Below, piece after piece: positions 20,221-28,362 of a DNA stretch of 64,000 nucleotides (position 1 is its first letter; the number at the start of each line of letters is the position of its first letter). A model generated the notes under the pieces. It saw only the letters and a program-made list of their open reading frames with translations, had not been told where the DNA came from and ran no database searches. The position numbers were made by a program, and so were the translations under genes. Origin of the DNA: a virus; the IMG/VR virus record IMGVR_UViG_3300020472_001862, positions 96,001 to 160,000 of that record; one strand, 5' to 3'.

Positions 20221-21163
20221 AGAAGATCAACCTTTAAGACAAACAAGACTAGGAGAACATGGGTGTATATCTTTTGCATCCTCTCCTGACATAAAATATA
20301 AATGGATGTTACATGAATCCAAAGAGTGGTTTGCAAGAGCTAAAAGAGTTCAAGGACCTGATTGGTATTGGAGTGGAGATGTTGAGCCTATAGAATATAA
20401 CTTAGACTCTTTAGGTTTTAGAAACGATACAGACATACATGATATTAGTAAGAATAAAATTTGGTGGTTATTTGATTCATCATGCCCTGGATTAGCTCCA
20501 GGAGTTCGTACAGACGACATGACGTCTAATAAGATAACTGAATACACAGGTATTCCTGTATATAATATGAGCATCTATGGTGATAGACCAGAGTTTGTTG
20601 CTAATAATATATTAGAACTATCTAAAAGGTGGCAGAACCCACCTAGTAAAATATTATTACACATGGCAGAAAATCCCACAGGAACATTTAAACTTACCAA
20701 TACAAACACAGTTAAGAATTTGGATTATGCTGGTTCTATGTTAAAAGGTGGTAAAGATTTTACCTTCTTAAAACCTTTTGAAGAGCAGAAAATATCTGAA
20801 GGGCAACATAGGTTGGCATACAAAATATTAATTGAATTGTGTAAGAGTTTAGATATACCTTTAACTTGGCTCTACACAGGATATGAATCCGATATAACTT
20901 CCGCTAATGATTTTAGAGATCAGGATTTTATAGAGTGGTTCGGTTACGCATCGGCAGGACATTTTGAAAAGGATGATACCTTTGATGTAAGACAAAGTAA
21001 AGTTAAAGATATGATTATAAAACCTTTTATGGAATGCAAGCCACCTTCAGATAAAACATTAGATGAAGTAGGGAGAGACTTATATCACCCTAGTGCAAGC
21101 CAACAAAGGTTGTGGGCCCAGGTAATTACAAATCATTATCTGGAAACAAAAAGAAACTTTTAA
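20213..21163 (+). CDS. hypothetical SGNH-like protein
   Basis: YNLDSLGFR, VYNMSIYG, RDLYHPS (DxxHP). Confidence 0.5.
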   Translation: MNKEDQPLRQTRLGEHGCISFASSPDIKYKWMLHESKEWFARAKRVQGPDWYWSGDVEPIEYNLDSLGFRNDTDIHDISKNKIWWLFDSSCPGLAPGVRTDDMTSNKITEYTGIPVYNMSIYGDRPEFVANNILELSKRWQNPPSKILLHMAENPTGTFKLTNTNTVKNLDYAGSMLKGGKDFTFLKPFEEQKISEGQHRLAYKILIELCKSLDIPLTWLYTGYESDITSANDFRDQDFIEWFGYASAGHFEKDDTFDVRQSKVKDMIIKPFMECKPPSDKTLDEVGRDLYHPSASQQRLWAQVITNHYLETKRNF

Positions 21164-21164
21164 A

Positions 21165-21208
21165 TGGTCCTATAGACCATTGACTTTTAGTATGTAAGAG
21201 CCTATAAT
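21165..21208 (+). promoter_or_regulatory. sigma70-type promoter with upstream TGGTCCTAT box
   Basis: TGGTCCTATAGACCA directly followed by TTGACT-17-TATAAT. Confidence 0.8.
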
Positions 21209-21239
21209 ACGGTTATAGGTTTAAAAATTGGAGTATATT

Positions 21240-21902
21240 ATGAAACTTAGCAAAGACACTCTTGATGTTCTCAAGAACTTCGCAACTATTAACACGAACA
21301 TTCTTGTTCGTGAGGGAAACTCGCTCTCCACTATTAGCACAGGTAAAAACATTTTTGCCAAGGCTGATATTACAGATCCGTTTCCTAAAGAATTCGCAGT
21401 CTATGATTTAAATAGTCTGCTTTCCCTACTTACTGTTATGGAAGATACAGATGTTGGCTTTGGAGACGAAAGTCTTACAGTAACAAAAGGCAATTCTGTT
21501 TTTGAATACTTTTATGCAGACCCTAACATTATTGTTAGTGCCCCTGATAAGAATATTGAAGTAGACAACTTCTTCCAGTTCGACTTATCCAAAGATGATA
21601 TTGACATGATAATGAAGGCAGCAGCTATTACAGCAGCTCCTATGTTAAGCGTCATTGGTGATGGTACTGAAGTGGTAATTACAGTAGGCGATCCTGCTAC
21701 TCCTAAGTCTAATTCTTTTAGACAGGCATTAGGACAAACAGACAAAGTATTTGATGCTAGACTAGCTGTTGAAAACTTTAAGGTTGTACCTTCAGGTTAT
21801 ACAGTTATTTTATCTGAGAAAAAGTTTATGTTCTTAGAGAGTAGTAAAGGCAATTTAAAATATTGGTTAGCGCTTGAGCGTTCATCATCTATTGGAGAAT
21901 AA
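21240..21902 (+). CDS. 45: sliding clamp, T4 gp45
   Basis: MKLSKDTLDVLKNFATINTNI, FAVYDLN, YWLALE. Confidence 0.95.
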   Translation: MKLSKDTLDVLKNFATINTNILVREGNSLSTISTGKNIFAKADITDPFPKEFAVYDLNSLLSLLTVMEDTDVGFGDESLTVTKGNSVFEYFYADPNIIVSAPDKNIEVDNFFQFDLSKDDIDMIMKAAAITAAPMLSVIGDGTEVVITVGDPATPKSNSFRQALGQTDKVFDARLAVENFKVVPSGYTVILSEKKFMFLESSKGNLKYWLALERSSSIGE

Positions 21903-21903
21903 A

Positions 21904-22086
21904 ATGGGAGAAGATCAATTAGAGGTAACTATCCGTGAAGCACAGAATGGCTGGGTAGTTGAATTAAACCGTGAAGGTGAGACAATGGAGTACATTTTCA
22001 CAAGACCTAATCCAGCTATCAACTTGGTTAGGAAAGTAATGAAGGGTGAAGTAGATCCTTTCAATGAAGGAGAAAATGATGAGTAG
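21904..22086 (+). CDS. hypothetical protein
   Basis: GGAG RBS before ATG 21904; IREAQNGWVV. Confidence 0.65.
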   Translation: MGEDQLEVTIREAQNGWVVELNREGETMEYIFTRPNPAINLVRKVMKGEVDPFNEGENDE

Positions 22087-22687
22087 TTTGACACCAGTAG
22101 TTCCTGATTTTGTAGTTAAGAAACAAGTTACTACAACTTCTGGAGATAAAATTTGGGTAGAGATGACAAAGCAACAATTATTTGACGGCAAGCGTGTCGT
22201 TGTTTTTGGTTTGCCTGGAGCATTTACACCTACATGTTCAAGCCAGCAATTGCCTGGTTATGAACAAGCATATTCTGAATTTAGAGATGCAGGTATTGAT
22301 GACATTTATTGCGTTACAGTAAATGATTCTTTTATTTGTAATGAGTGGCATGTAGATCAAGGATTAGTTAATGTAAAACTTATTCCTGATGGTAGTGCAG
22401 AGTTTACAATTAAAATGGGTATGGATGTTCGTAAGGACAACCTAGGATTTGGTATTCGATCTTGGAGATACGCAGCTATCATAGACGATGGACATGTTAT
22501 TCAAGAATTTGTAGAGCCAGGCTTCGCAGATAATTTTGAAGGCGACCCTTATGATATAAGTGCACCTGATAATGTTTTAGATAATGTTAAAGCGTATGGA
22601 TGGCCTAGTAAGTATGAAGCAGACGAAGGTAAGCATATAGACCTTAGTTTTTCAGAAACGACAGATGTTAAGGAGACTTTTTCCTAG
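22076..22687 (+). CDS. peroxiredoxin (Prx5 type)
   Basis: LPGAFTPTCS, VND, PDGS.EF, GIRSWRYA. Confidence 0.93.
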   Translation: MMSSLTPVVPDFVVKKQVTTTSGDKIWVEMTKQQLFDGKRVVVFGLPGAFTPTCSSQQLPGYEQAYSEFRDAGIDDIYCVTVNDSFICNEWHVDQGLVNVKLIPDGSAEFTIKMGMDVRKDNLGFGIRSWRYAAIIDDGHVIQEFVEPGFADNFEGDPYDISAPDNVLDNVKAYGWPSKYEADEGKHIDLSFSETTDVKETFS

Positions 22688-22756
22688 ACCTTTTTACCCT
22701 CGGAAAAAATGGCCGACATTTTGGAGCAAAAAAGTTTCTGACAATTTGGAGATAAT

Positions 22757-23701
22757 ATGACAACAACACCTGAACAGTTTTTATGGGTAGAGCGATACAG
22801 ACCCAGGTTAATACAAGATTGTGTATTGCCTGAAAGTGTAAAGAAGCAGTTTGCACAGTTTATTAAGAAAGGCGAGGTTCCTAACTTATTATTGTCAGGT
22901 ACTGCAGGTACAGGAAAAACAACTATTGCTCGTGCTTTATGTAATGAGCTAAATTGTGATTATATCATTATTAATGGTAGTGATGAAGGTAGGCAGATTG
23001 ATACCCTAAGAACTAAAATTAGGCAATTTGCCTCAGCTGTCTCATTCGAGGGTAAAACTAAGGTTGTTATTCTTGATGAGGCAGACTATATGAACCGAGA
23101 TAGTGTCCAGCCAGCCCTTAGAGGGTTCATAGAACAATTTGCTGAGAACTGTAGGTTTATATTTACATGTAACTATGCTAATAAGCTAATAGACCCGTTA
23201 CATAGCAGGACTACTGTTATAGACTTTAAATTAGCACCCTCAGATCGCCCTGTATTAGCCGCTAAGTTCATGGATAGAATGAAGTATATCCTTAGTACAG
23301 AAGGCGTGGAATATCAAGAGAAGGTGCTTGCTGAGCTCCTAATGAAGTACTTTCCTGACTATAGAAGGGTGCTAAATGAGCTACAGCGGTACTCAGCGGG
23401 GGGTGTTATAGATGAGGGTATACTAAGTAACTTCCAGGAAGTTAATGCTAAGGCGCTTGTAGAGAGTCTTAAGGGTAAAGACTGGCGTAAGATGAGACAA
23501 TGGGTGGCAAACAATGTAGACACAGACCCTCAGGCTATATTCCGTCAGATATACGATATACTACTTCCAGAGATTAAGAGCCCTGCTCGGTTAGTACTTG
23601 ATATTGCAGATTATCAGTACAAAGCAGCTTTCGTAGCAGATCAGGAGATTAACTTAACTGCTTGTTTAACACAAATTATGGTAGATTCGGAGTTCAAGTA
23701 A
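22757..23701 (+). CDS. 44: clamp loader large subunit, T4 gp44
   Basis: LWVERYRP, GTAGTGKT, ILDEADY, PLHSR, FPDYRR. Confidence 0.96.
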   Translation: MTTTPEQFLWVERYRPRLIQDCVLPESVKKQFAQFIKKGEVPNLLLSGTAGTGKTTIARALCNELNCDYIIINGSDEGRQIDTLRTKIRQFASAVSFEGKTKVVILDEADYMNRDSVQPALRGFIEQFAENCRFIFTCNYANKLIDPLHSRTTVIDFKLAPSDRPVLAAKFMDRMKYILSTEGVEYQEKVLAELLMKYFPDYRRVLNELQRYSAGGVIDEGILSNFQEVNAKALVESLKGKDWRKMRQWVANNVDTDPQAIFRQIYDILLPEIKSPARLVLDIADYQYKAAFVADQEINLTACLTQIMVDSEFK

Positions 23702-23799
23702 TGGCACAACCACAGCAGCAACAACAAGATCTTCCCTCGAAGGAAGAACTTAAGGAAATTATAAAACAACAACAAGACCCGAGGCATAATCAAGAATAA
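23701..23799 (+). CDS. 32-aa Gln-rich micro-ORF
   Basis: TAATG coupling at both ends; MAQPQQQQQDLPSKEELKEIIKQQQDPRHNQE. Confidence 0.5.
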   Translation: MAQPQQQQQDLPSKEELKEIIKQQQDPRHNQE

Positions 23800-23951
23800 T
23801 GGCTAAAGACGCTTGGATACAAGTAAGAGTAGAAAGGGCTAAAAGAGAAGAAATAAAGAAAGAAGCCCAGAAAAGAGGGATATCTGTATCTCAACTAATG
23901 TTGGAGGGATACGAAACTCTAAGAGAGGGGAAATATATTGACTTTAAGTAA
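23799..23951 (+). CDS. 50-aa ribbon-helix-helix (CopG/Arc-like) DNA-binding protein (not in ORF track)
   Basis: MAKDAWIQVRVERAKREEIKKEAQKRGISVSQLMLEG: alternating beta ribbon, helix, GxSxS turn. Confidence 0.7.
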   Translation: MAKDAWIQVRVERAKREEIKKEAQKRGISVSQLMLEGYETLREGKYIDFK

Positions 23952-24102
23952 ATTATGGAGATTGTGGTGTTTGTCATTAGGAGAGAAAGCAAGTGATGAC
24001 TCCAAGGAAGCAGATGCAGTTGCAGTTATGAGAACCATTGTTGTTCTTGTTAACTTCTTTACTTGTTTCTTTATCATCTCAGGCGTATTGAGGCATTGGT
24101 AA
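23938..24102 (+). CDS. 54-aa membrane protein (TTG start)
   Basis: LWRLWCLSLGEKAS..EADAVAVMRT..TM..GVLRHW; resembles a small family I recall from marine T4-like phages. Confidence 0.6.
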   Translation: MTLSKLWRLWCLSLGEKASDDSKEADAVAVMRTIVVLVNFFTCFFIISGVLRHW

Positions 24103-24186
24103 TGAATAACAATGATAATGATATAAGAATTTTGACTATATATTTTATAATAATAATGTTAATAATTAGTTATAGTTTTGGATAAT

Positions 24187-24645
24187 ATGACAGACGCAAT
24201 ATTAGAAGGCTTTGGTGAGCCAGTCGAAGAAATAAACGAAGAGGAGTTCCAAGAGAAACTTAAAAAGATCTCTCCTTTTGACTACGCTAATAGCATTTAT
24301 ACAAAAGACAATCTTATAGTTGATGAAAGGACAGAAAAAGAATACAATCCTTTTATGGTAAATCGTGCAATGGGTATGGGTAAAGATACTTGTATTGCCG
24401 CTAATGAAATGAATTCGAGACATCACTTGGATAATAAAATGCAATATGACTTCCTTATGGATGTTGTAAGGCAGGGTAAAAGATATAACAAGTGGTTGAA
24501 GAATGATGAAGAAAACATAGAGGCAATCCAAAAGTTTTTTGGATATTCTTTAATTAAAGCAAAACAGACCCTTAGTCTGTTAAATGATACACAAATAGAT
24601 CTCATAAAAATACATTTGAACACTTCTAAAGGTGGAAAAGTATAA
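24187..24645 (+). CDS. 62: clamp loader small subunit, T4 gp62
   Basis: SPFDY, YNPFMVNR, ANEMN, QYDFL, FFGYS..KA; upstream of regA. Confidence 0.9.
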   Translation: MTDAILEGFGEPVEEINEEEFQEKLKKISPFDYANSIYTKDNLIVDERTEKEYNPFMVNRAMGMGKDTCIAANEMNSRHHLDNKMQYDFLMDVVRQGKRYNKWLKNDEENIEAIQKFFGYSLIKAKQTLSLLNDTQIDLIKIHLNTSKGGKV

Positions 24646-24648
24646 ATA
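24641..24648 (+). promoter_or_regulatory. T4-type late promoter
   Basis: TATAAATA overlapping the gp62 stop. Confidence 0.6.
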
Positions 24649-24694
24649 CCTTTATAACTTAATTATTATTTAAGACATAACAGGCATATTGAGA

Positions 24695-25114
24695 ATGAGT
24701 GATCAAGAGAATTACTTTAACATAGACTATCCAGGGTATTCACCTTTAGAAGTTACCTTAAACGACCCAGAAGATTTTTTGAAGGTTAGGGAAACTTTGT
24801 CTCGAATTGGAGTAGCATCGAAAAAGGACCAAGTCCTTTATCAGTCTTGCCATATATTACACAAGAAAGGTAGATACTTTATAACACATTTTAAAGAATT
24901 ATTCGCTCTTGATGGTAAGGAGGCTGACTTCCAAGATAACGATTTACAACGCAGAAATACTATTGCTAAATTACTCCAAGATTGGGGTTTGGTAAAAATA
25001 TTAGGCGAAGTAGAAGATTTAGCTCCGTTGAGCCAAATCAAAATTATATCGTTTAAAGAGAAGGGTGAGTGGGAGCTAATCCCCAAATACAACATTGGAA
25101 AGAAAGTTAAATAA
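24695..25114 (+). CDS. regA: translational repressor RegA
   Basis: DFLKVRETLSRIGVAS, LYQSCHILHK.GRY.I.HFKELF.LDG, PKYNIG. Confidence 0.97.
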   Translation: MSDQENYFNIDYPGYSPLEVTLNDPEDFLKVRETLSRIGVASKKDQVLYQSCHILHKKGRYFITHFKELFALDGKEADFQDNDLQRRNTIAKLLQDWGLVKILGEVEDLAPLSQIKIISFKEKGEWELIPKYNIGKKVK

Positions 25115-26378
25115 AAACCAAATAGAAGCATTACAACTTATTAAGGACGAACAGGATGCAGTAGGTCCTGGTTTCTGCGTGCTAAAATGGTACCACCAAG
25201 AAATGCACTTAGGAACAGGAAGGGCACACTCCTGTTATCATTGTCCTACACATCAAATACCTTTAGGCGCAGACTTACACAATACACCTCACAAGGTTGA
25301 ACAAAGAGCAACAATGTTACAAGGTGGCAAACCTTCAGAGTGCTCTTATTGTTGGGAGGTAGAGGATCTTGATCTAATCTCAGATAGACAAACTCTTGCA
25401 GTACAATTTTTTAAACATAATAGAGATATAGTTAAAGAGGCAAAAGAAGCAGGACTTGGTTATGTATATCCTAAATATTTAGAAATATCCTTCACTAATA
25501 AATGTCAAATGGCATGTAGTTATTGTGGACCGGTATTCAGCACAACATGGGAAAAGGAAATAGAGGAACATGGTCCTTACAAACTATCAGAGGATTATAA
25601 TCTTATTCATACACCTCAGATAGAAAACTCTCCCTATGTGGCAAAGTTTTGGAAATGGTTTCCACAGGCATATGAACACTTATTTGTTCTTAGAGTAACA
25701 GGAGGAGAGCCTTTATTAGATAAGAATACATATAAACTTCTAGAATATGTTAAGGCAAATCCTAGAAAAGGATTAACATTCCATTGTAATTCTAATCTTA
25801 TGGTTACAGAAAATAGAGTACAAAAATATATTAACCTAGTAAAAGATGTACCTAATACTAAACTTTATGCTAGTATTGACTCATGGGGAAAACAGGCAGA
25901 GTATATAAGACATGGTTTAGAGATAGAACATTTTGAGGCAAACTTAATTAGATTATTAGCTCAAGGAATTCCTGTTGGTATCATGTGTACATATAATTTT
26001 TTATCTATTGATAATATTAGTGAGTTTATATTTAAAATGGCGGAACTTAAAACACAATTTGGTGATTTACTAACAGTTGACATGCCTTATATGGTTGAAC
26101 CATTACACCTTTCAGCACAAATTTGCGATGATAGTCATATACATATAATGGAAGAAAGTTTAAAAGAAATGGAACTATATCCATTTACTACAGGCGAAAT
26201 AGAAAAATACAGAAAGACTGTAGGATGGATAAAAGCAAACAGGTTCAAAGGTGATGAACTTGTCAAACACAGAAAAGATTTCTGGGCGTTTGTAAAAGAA
26301 CATGATAAGAGAAGAGGCACAAATTTTAAAGAAGCTTTTCCTCACTTAGGAATGATAGGATTTAATAATGAAACATGA
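25095..26378 (+). CDS. radical SAM protein with extra Cys clusters (twitch/SPASM-associated type)
   Basis: FCVLKW, SCYHC, ECSYCW, NKCQMACSYC, TGGEP, YIRHG. Confidence 0.88.
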   Translation: MERKLNKNQIEALQLIKDEQDAVGPGFCVLKWYHQEMHLGTGRAHSCYHCPTHQIPLGADLHNTPHKVEQRATMLQGGKPSECSYCWEVEDLDLISDRQTLAVQFFKHNRDIVKEAKEAGLGYVYPKYLEISFTNKCQMACSYCGPVFSTTWEKEIEEHGPYKLSEDYNLIHTPQIENSPYVAKFWKWFPQAYEHLFVLRVTGGEPLLDKNTYKLLEYVKANPRKGLTFHCNSNLMVTENRVQKYINLVKDVPNTKLYASIDSWGKQAEYIRHGLEIEHFEANLIRLLAQGIPVGIMCTYNFLSIDNISEFIFKMAELKTQFGDLLTVDMPYMVEPLHLSAQICDDSHIHIMEESLKEMELYPFTTGEIEKYRKTVGWIKANRFKGDELVKHRKDFWAFVKEHDKRRGTNFKEAFPHLGMIGFNNET

Positions 26379-27027
26379 AATGGGTGAATACAAATTACAT
26401 TCAATTAATAATCCATTAATATTAACTATAGAAGATTTTTTACCCGAAGAAACAGTAGATACATTAATGGATGATATTAATGAACATTGTGTTTTTAAAG
26501 AGGCAAAAGTTTCCACAGATGATGGCACAGGTGAATATACTAACAAAAGAAATAACCAAACATCTTCTCTAAACTTTGCACAATCTGATGGCGCAAGAAT
26601 GTTTTTAGACATGGCATCAGCAACATTAAGAGTACATCCTTCTCAAGCAGAGCCATTATCAGTTATTAAGTATTTACCAGGACAACAATTTGAACCTCAT
26701 TTAGATGCTTTTGGAGAGGACAAGATAGAATCTTATTCACCTCAAGCAGGCAACAGAATAGCAACAGCAATATTATATTTAAATGATGTACAGCATGGAG
26801 GGGAAACAGATTTTCCTAATATGGGTATTACAATACCTGCTAAGAAAGGAACCTGTGTATTTTTCTCTAATACATTTATGGGAACATGCACACCTATTGA
26901 TTTATCAATGCACGCAGGCATGCCTGTTATTCGTGGAGAAAAAACAGCAGTTAATTTGTGGTTTAGATCAGGTGTTTATGACAATAATATGTACCAAAAA
27001 TGGTTAGAAAGTCAGCAGAGTGTATAA
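26368..27027 (+). CDS. 2OG-Fe(II) oxygenase (prolyl 4-hydroxylase-like)
   Basis: Y..GQ.F.PHLD, RIATAILYLNDV..GGETDF, MHAG.PV..GEK. Confidence 0.9.
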   Translation: MKHEMGEYKLHSINNPLILTIEDFLPEETVDTLMDDINEHCVFKEAKVSTDDGTGEYTNKRNNQTSSLNFAQSDGARMFLDMASATLRVHPSQAEPLSVIKYLPGQQFEPHLDAFGEDKIESYSPQAGNRIATAILYLNDVQHGGETDFPNMGITIPAKKGTCVFFSNTFMGTCTPIDLSMHAGMPVIRGEKTAVNLWFRSGVYDNNMYQKWLESQQSV

Positions 27028-27030
27028 ATA
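27023..27030 (+). promoter_or_regulatory. T4-type late promoter
   Basis: TATAAATA upstream of the hsp20 leader. Confidence 0.7.
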
Positions 27031-27032
27031 GT

Positions 27033-27091
27033 AATGATACGCCGAAAGGGTATCATATATTAACCTTGCTAACTAATAGGAGGAAACTAAA
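27033..27091 (+). promoter_or_regulatory. ROSE-like RNA thermometer in the hsp20 5' UTR
   Basis: GAAA-capped hairpin (ATGATAC..GTATCAT), then CCTTGCT pairing with AGGAGG with a bulged G. Confidence 0.65.
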
Positions 27092-27538
27092 ATGGTAAGA
27101 TTAAACACGACTAACTGGAACGATTTTGTTTCAGCATTCCCACAAGTAGAAAGTAGATTGATTGGATTTGACAGAGTATTTGACGCTGTTACCAAACTTC
27201 ACACCGTTGAAGGAGGCCAATCTAATTCTTTCCCACCTTATAATATCAAAAAACTAGACGCTGAGAATTATGAAATTCAAATTGCTCTTGCAGGATTCAG
27301 TAAATCTGAATTGAATATTAGTGTGGAAGACGGCAACCTTGTCGTTAAAGGTGAACAAGAGAAATCAGAAGATGAATTCTTGCACAAAGGAATTGCAGAA
27401 CGCAATTTCACAAGAACATGGGCATTAGCAGATGATGTTAAAGTCACAGGTTCAAAATTGAAGGATGGAGTTTTAACTATTTCATTGGTACACGAAATAC
27501 CAGAGGAAAAGAAACCTACATCTATTGAAATTAAATAA
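27092..27538 (+). CDS. small heat-shock protein (Hsp20/IbpA-like)
   Basis: IGFD, FPPYNI, IALAGF, FLHKGIAERNFTR, DGVLTI. Confidence 0.95.
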   Translation: MVRLNTTNWNDFVSAFPQVESRLIGFDRVFDAVTKLHTVEGGQSNSFPPYNIKKLDAENYEIQIALAGFSKSELNISVEDGNLVVKGEQEKSEDEFLHKGIAERNFTRTWALADDVKVTGSKLKDGVLTISLVHEIPEEKKPTSIEIK

Positions 27539-27560
27539 TTAGAAACAGGAGATAAGGAGT

Positions 27561-27905
27561 ATGGCTACTAACATACAAATCGTTAAACTTACAACAGGTG
27601 AAGACTTGATTGGAGACATTAAAGAAGAGGAAATTGAGGGTAGAGGTTTTCTACTTATCAAGAAACCAGCTATTATTATGATTATGCCTAAACCTGGAAG
27701 TGAAACTGATTATACTGTAGGGCTTGCTCCTTACGCTCCATTTGCAAAAGATCACAAAGTTCCGATCTTTCCAGCTCATGTTGTTTCAGTCTACGATCCA
27801 GGAACAGAGATGTTAAATTCGTATAATAAAAAGTTTGGTTCCGGAATTGTTCAACCTGACTTTATAAATAAAAAGGTGTTGAACGAAACAATTAAAGGAA
27901 AGTAA
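27561..27905 (+). CDS. conserved T4-like hypothetical protein (possible Sm-like fold)
   Basis: IVKLTTGEDLIG, LAPYAP, YNKKFGSGI; AAGGAG RBS. Confidence 0.7.
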   Translation: MATNIQIVKLTTGEDLIGDIKEEEIEGRGFLLIKKPAIIMIMPKPGSETDYTVGLAPYAPFAKDHKVPIFPAHVVSVYDPGTEMLNSYNKKFGSGIVQPDFINKKVLNETIKGK

Positions 27906-28307
27906 ATGTATGAATATAGAATTAATGTTGTCAAAATTATTGATGGCGACACAGTAGATGTGGATATCGACTTGGGCTTCGGTGTCTGGCTCAAGAAACA
28001 AAGAATACGTCTGCATGGGATCGATACTCCCGAAAGTAGAACCCGTGACCTCGACGAAAAACGATACGGACTTATGGCGAAGAAATACCTCACGCAGCAG
28101 ATTGAAGGTGGAGCTATACTCAAAACAAGGCTCGATAAAAAAGGAAAATATGGAAGGATACTTGGTGAATTTATTAGTTTAGATGGTAATACTAATATAA
28201 ATGAACTAATGATATCCAAACATCATGCCGTATCCTATCACGGCGCAAGTAAAGCAGAAATAGCAGAGGGACACTTGCGAAATAGGACCAGAGTTAAAGA
28301 AATTTAA
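27906..28307 (+). CDS. thermonuclease (SNase) family
   Basis: IIDGDT, RIRLHGIDTPE, KYGRILG. Confidence 0.9.
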   Translation: MYEYRINVVKIIDGDTVDVDIDLGFGVWLKKQRIRLHGIDTPESRTRDLDEKRYGLMAKKYLTQQIEGGAILKTRLDKKGKYGRILGEFISLDGNTNINELMISKHHAVSYHGASKAEIAEGHLRNRTRVKEI

Positions 28308-28336
28308 TTGACATTTAGTACGAAAGAGTGCATAAT
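28308..28336 (+). promoter_or_regulatory. sigma70-type promoter of the DNA polymerase gene
   Basis: TTGACA-17-CATAAT with AGAGTG. Confidence 0.85.
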
Positions 28337-28362
28337 GTCTATATTATGTTTAAGGTGTTGTT

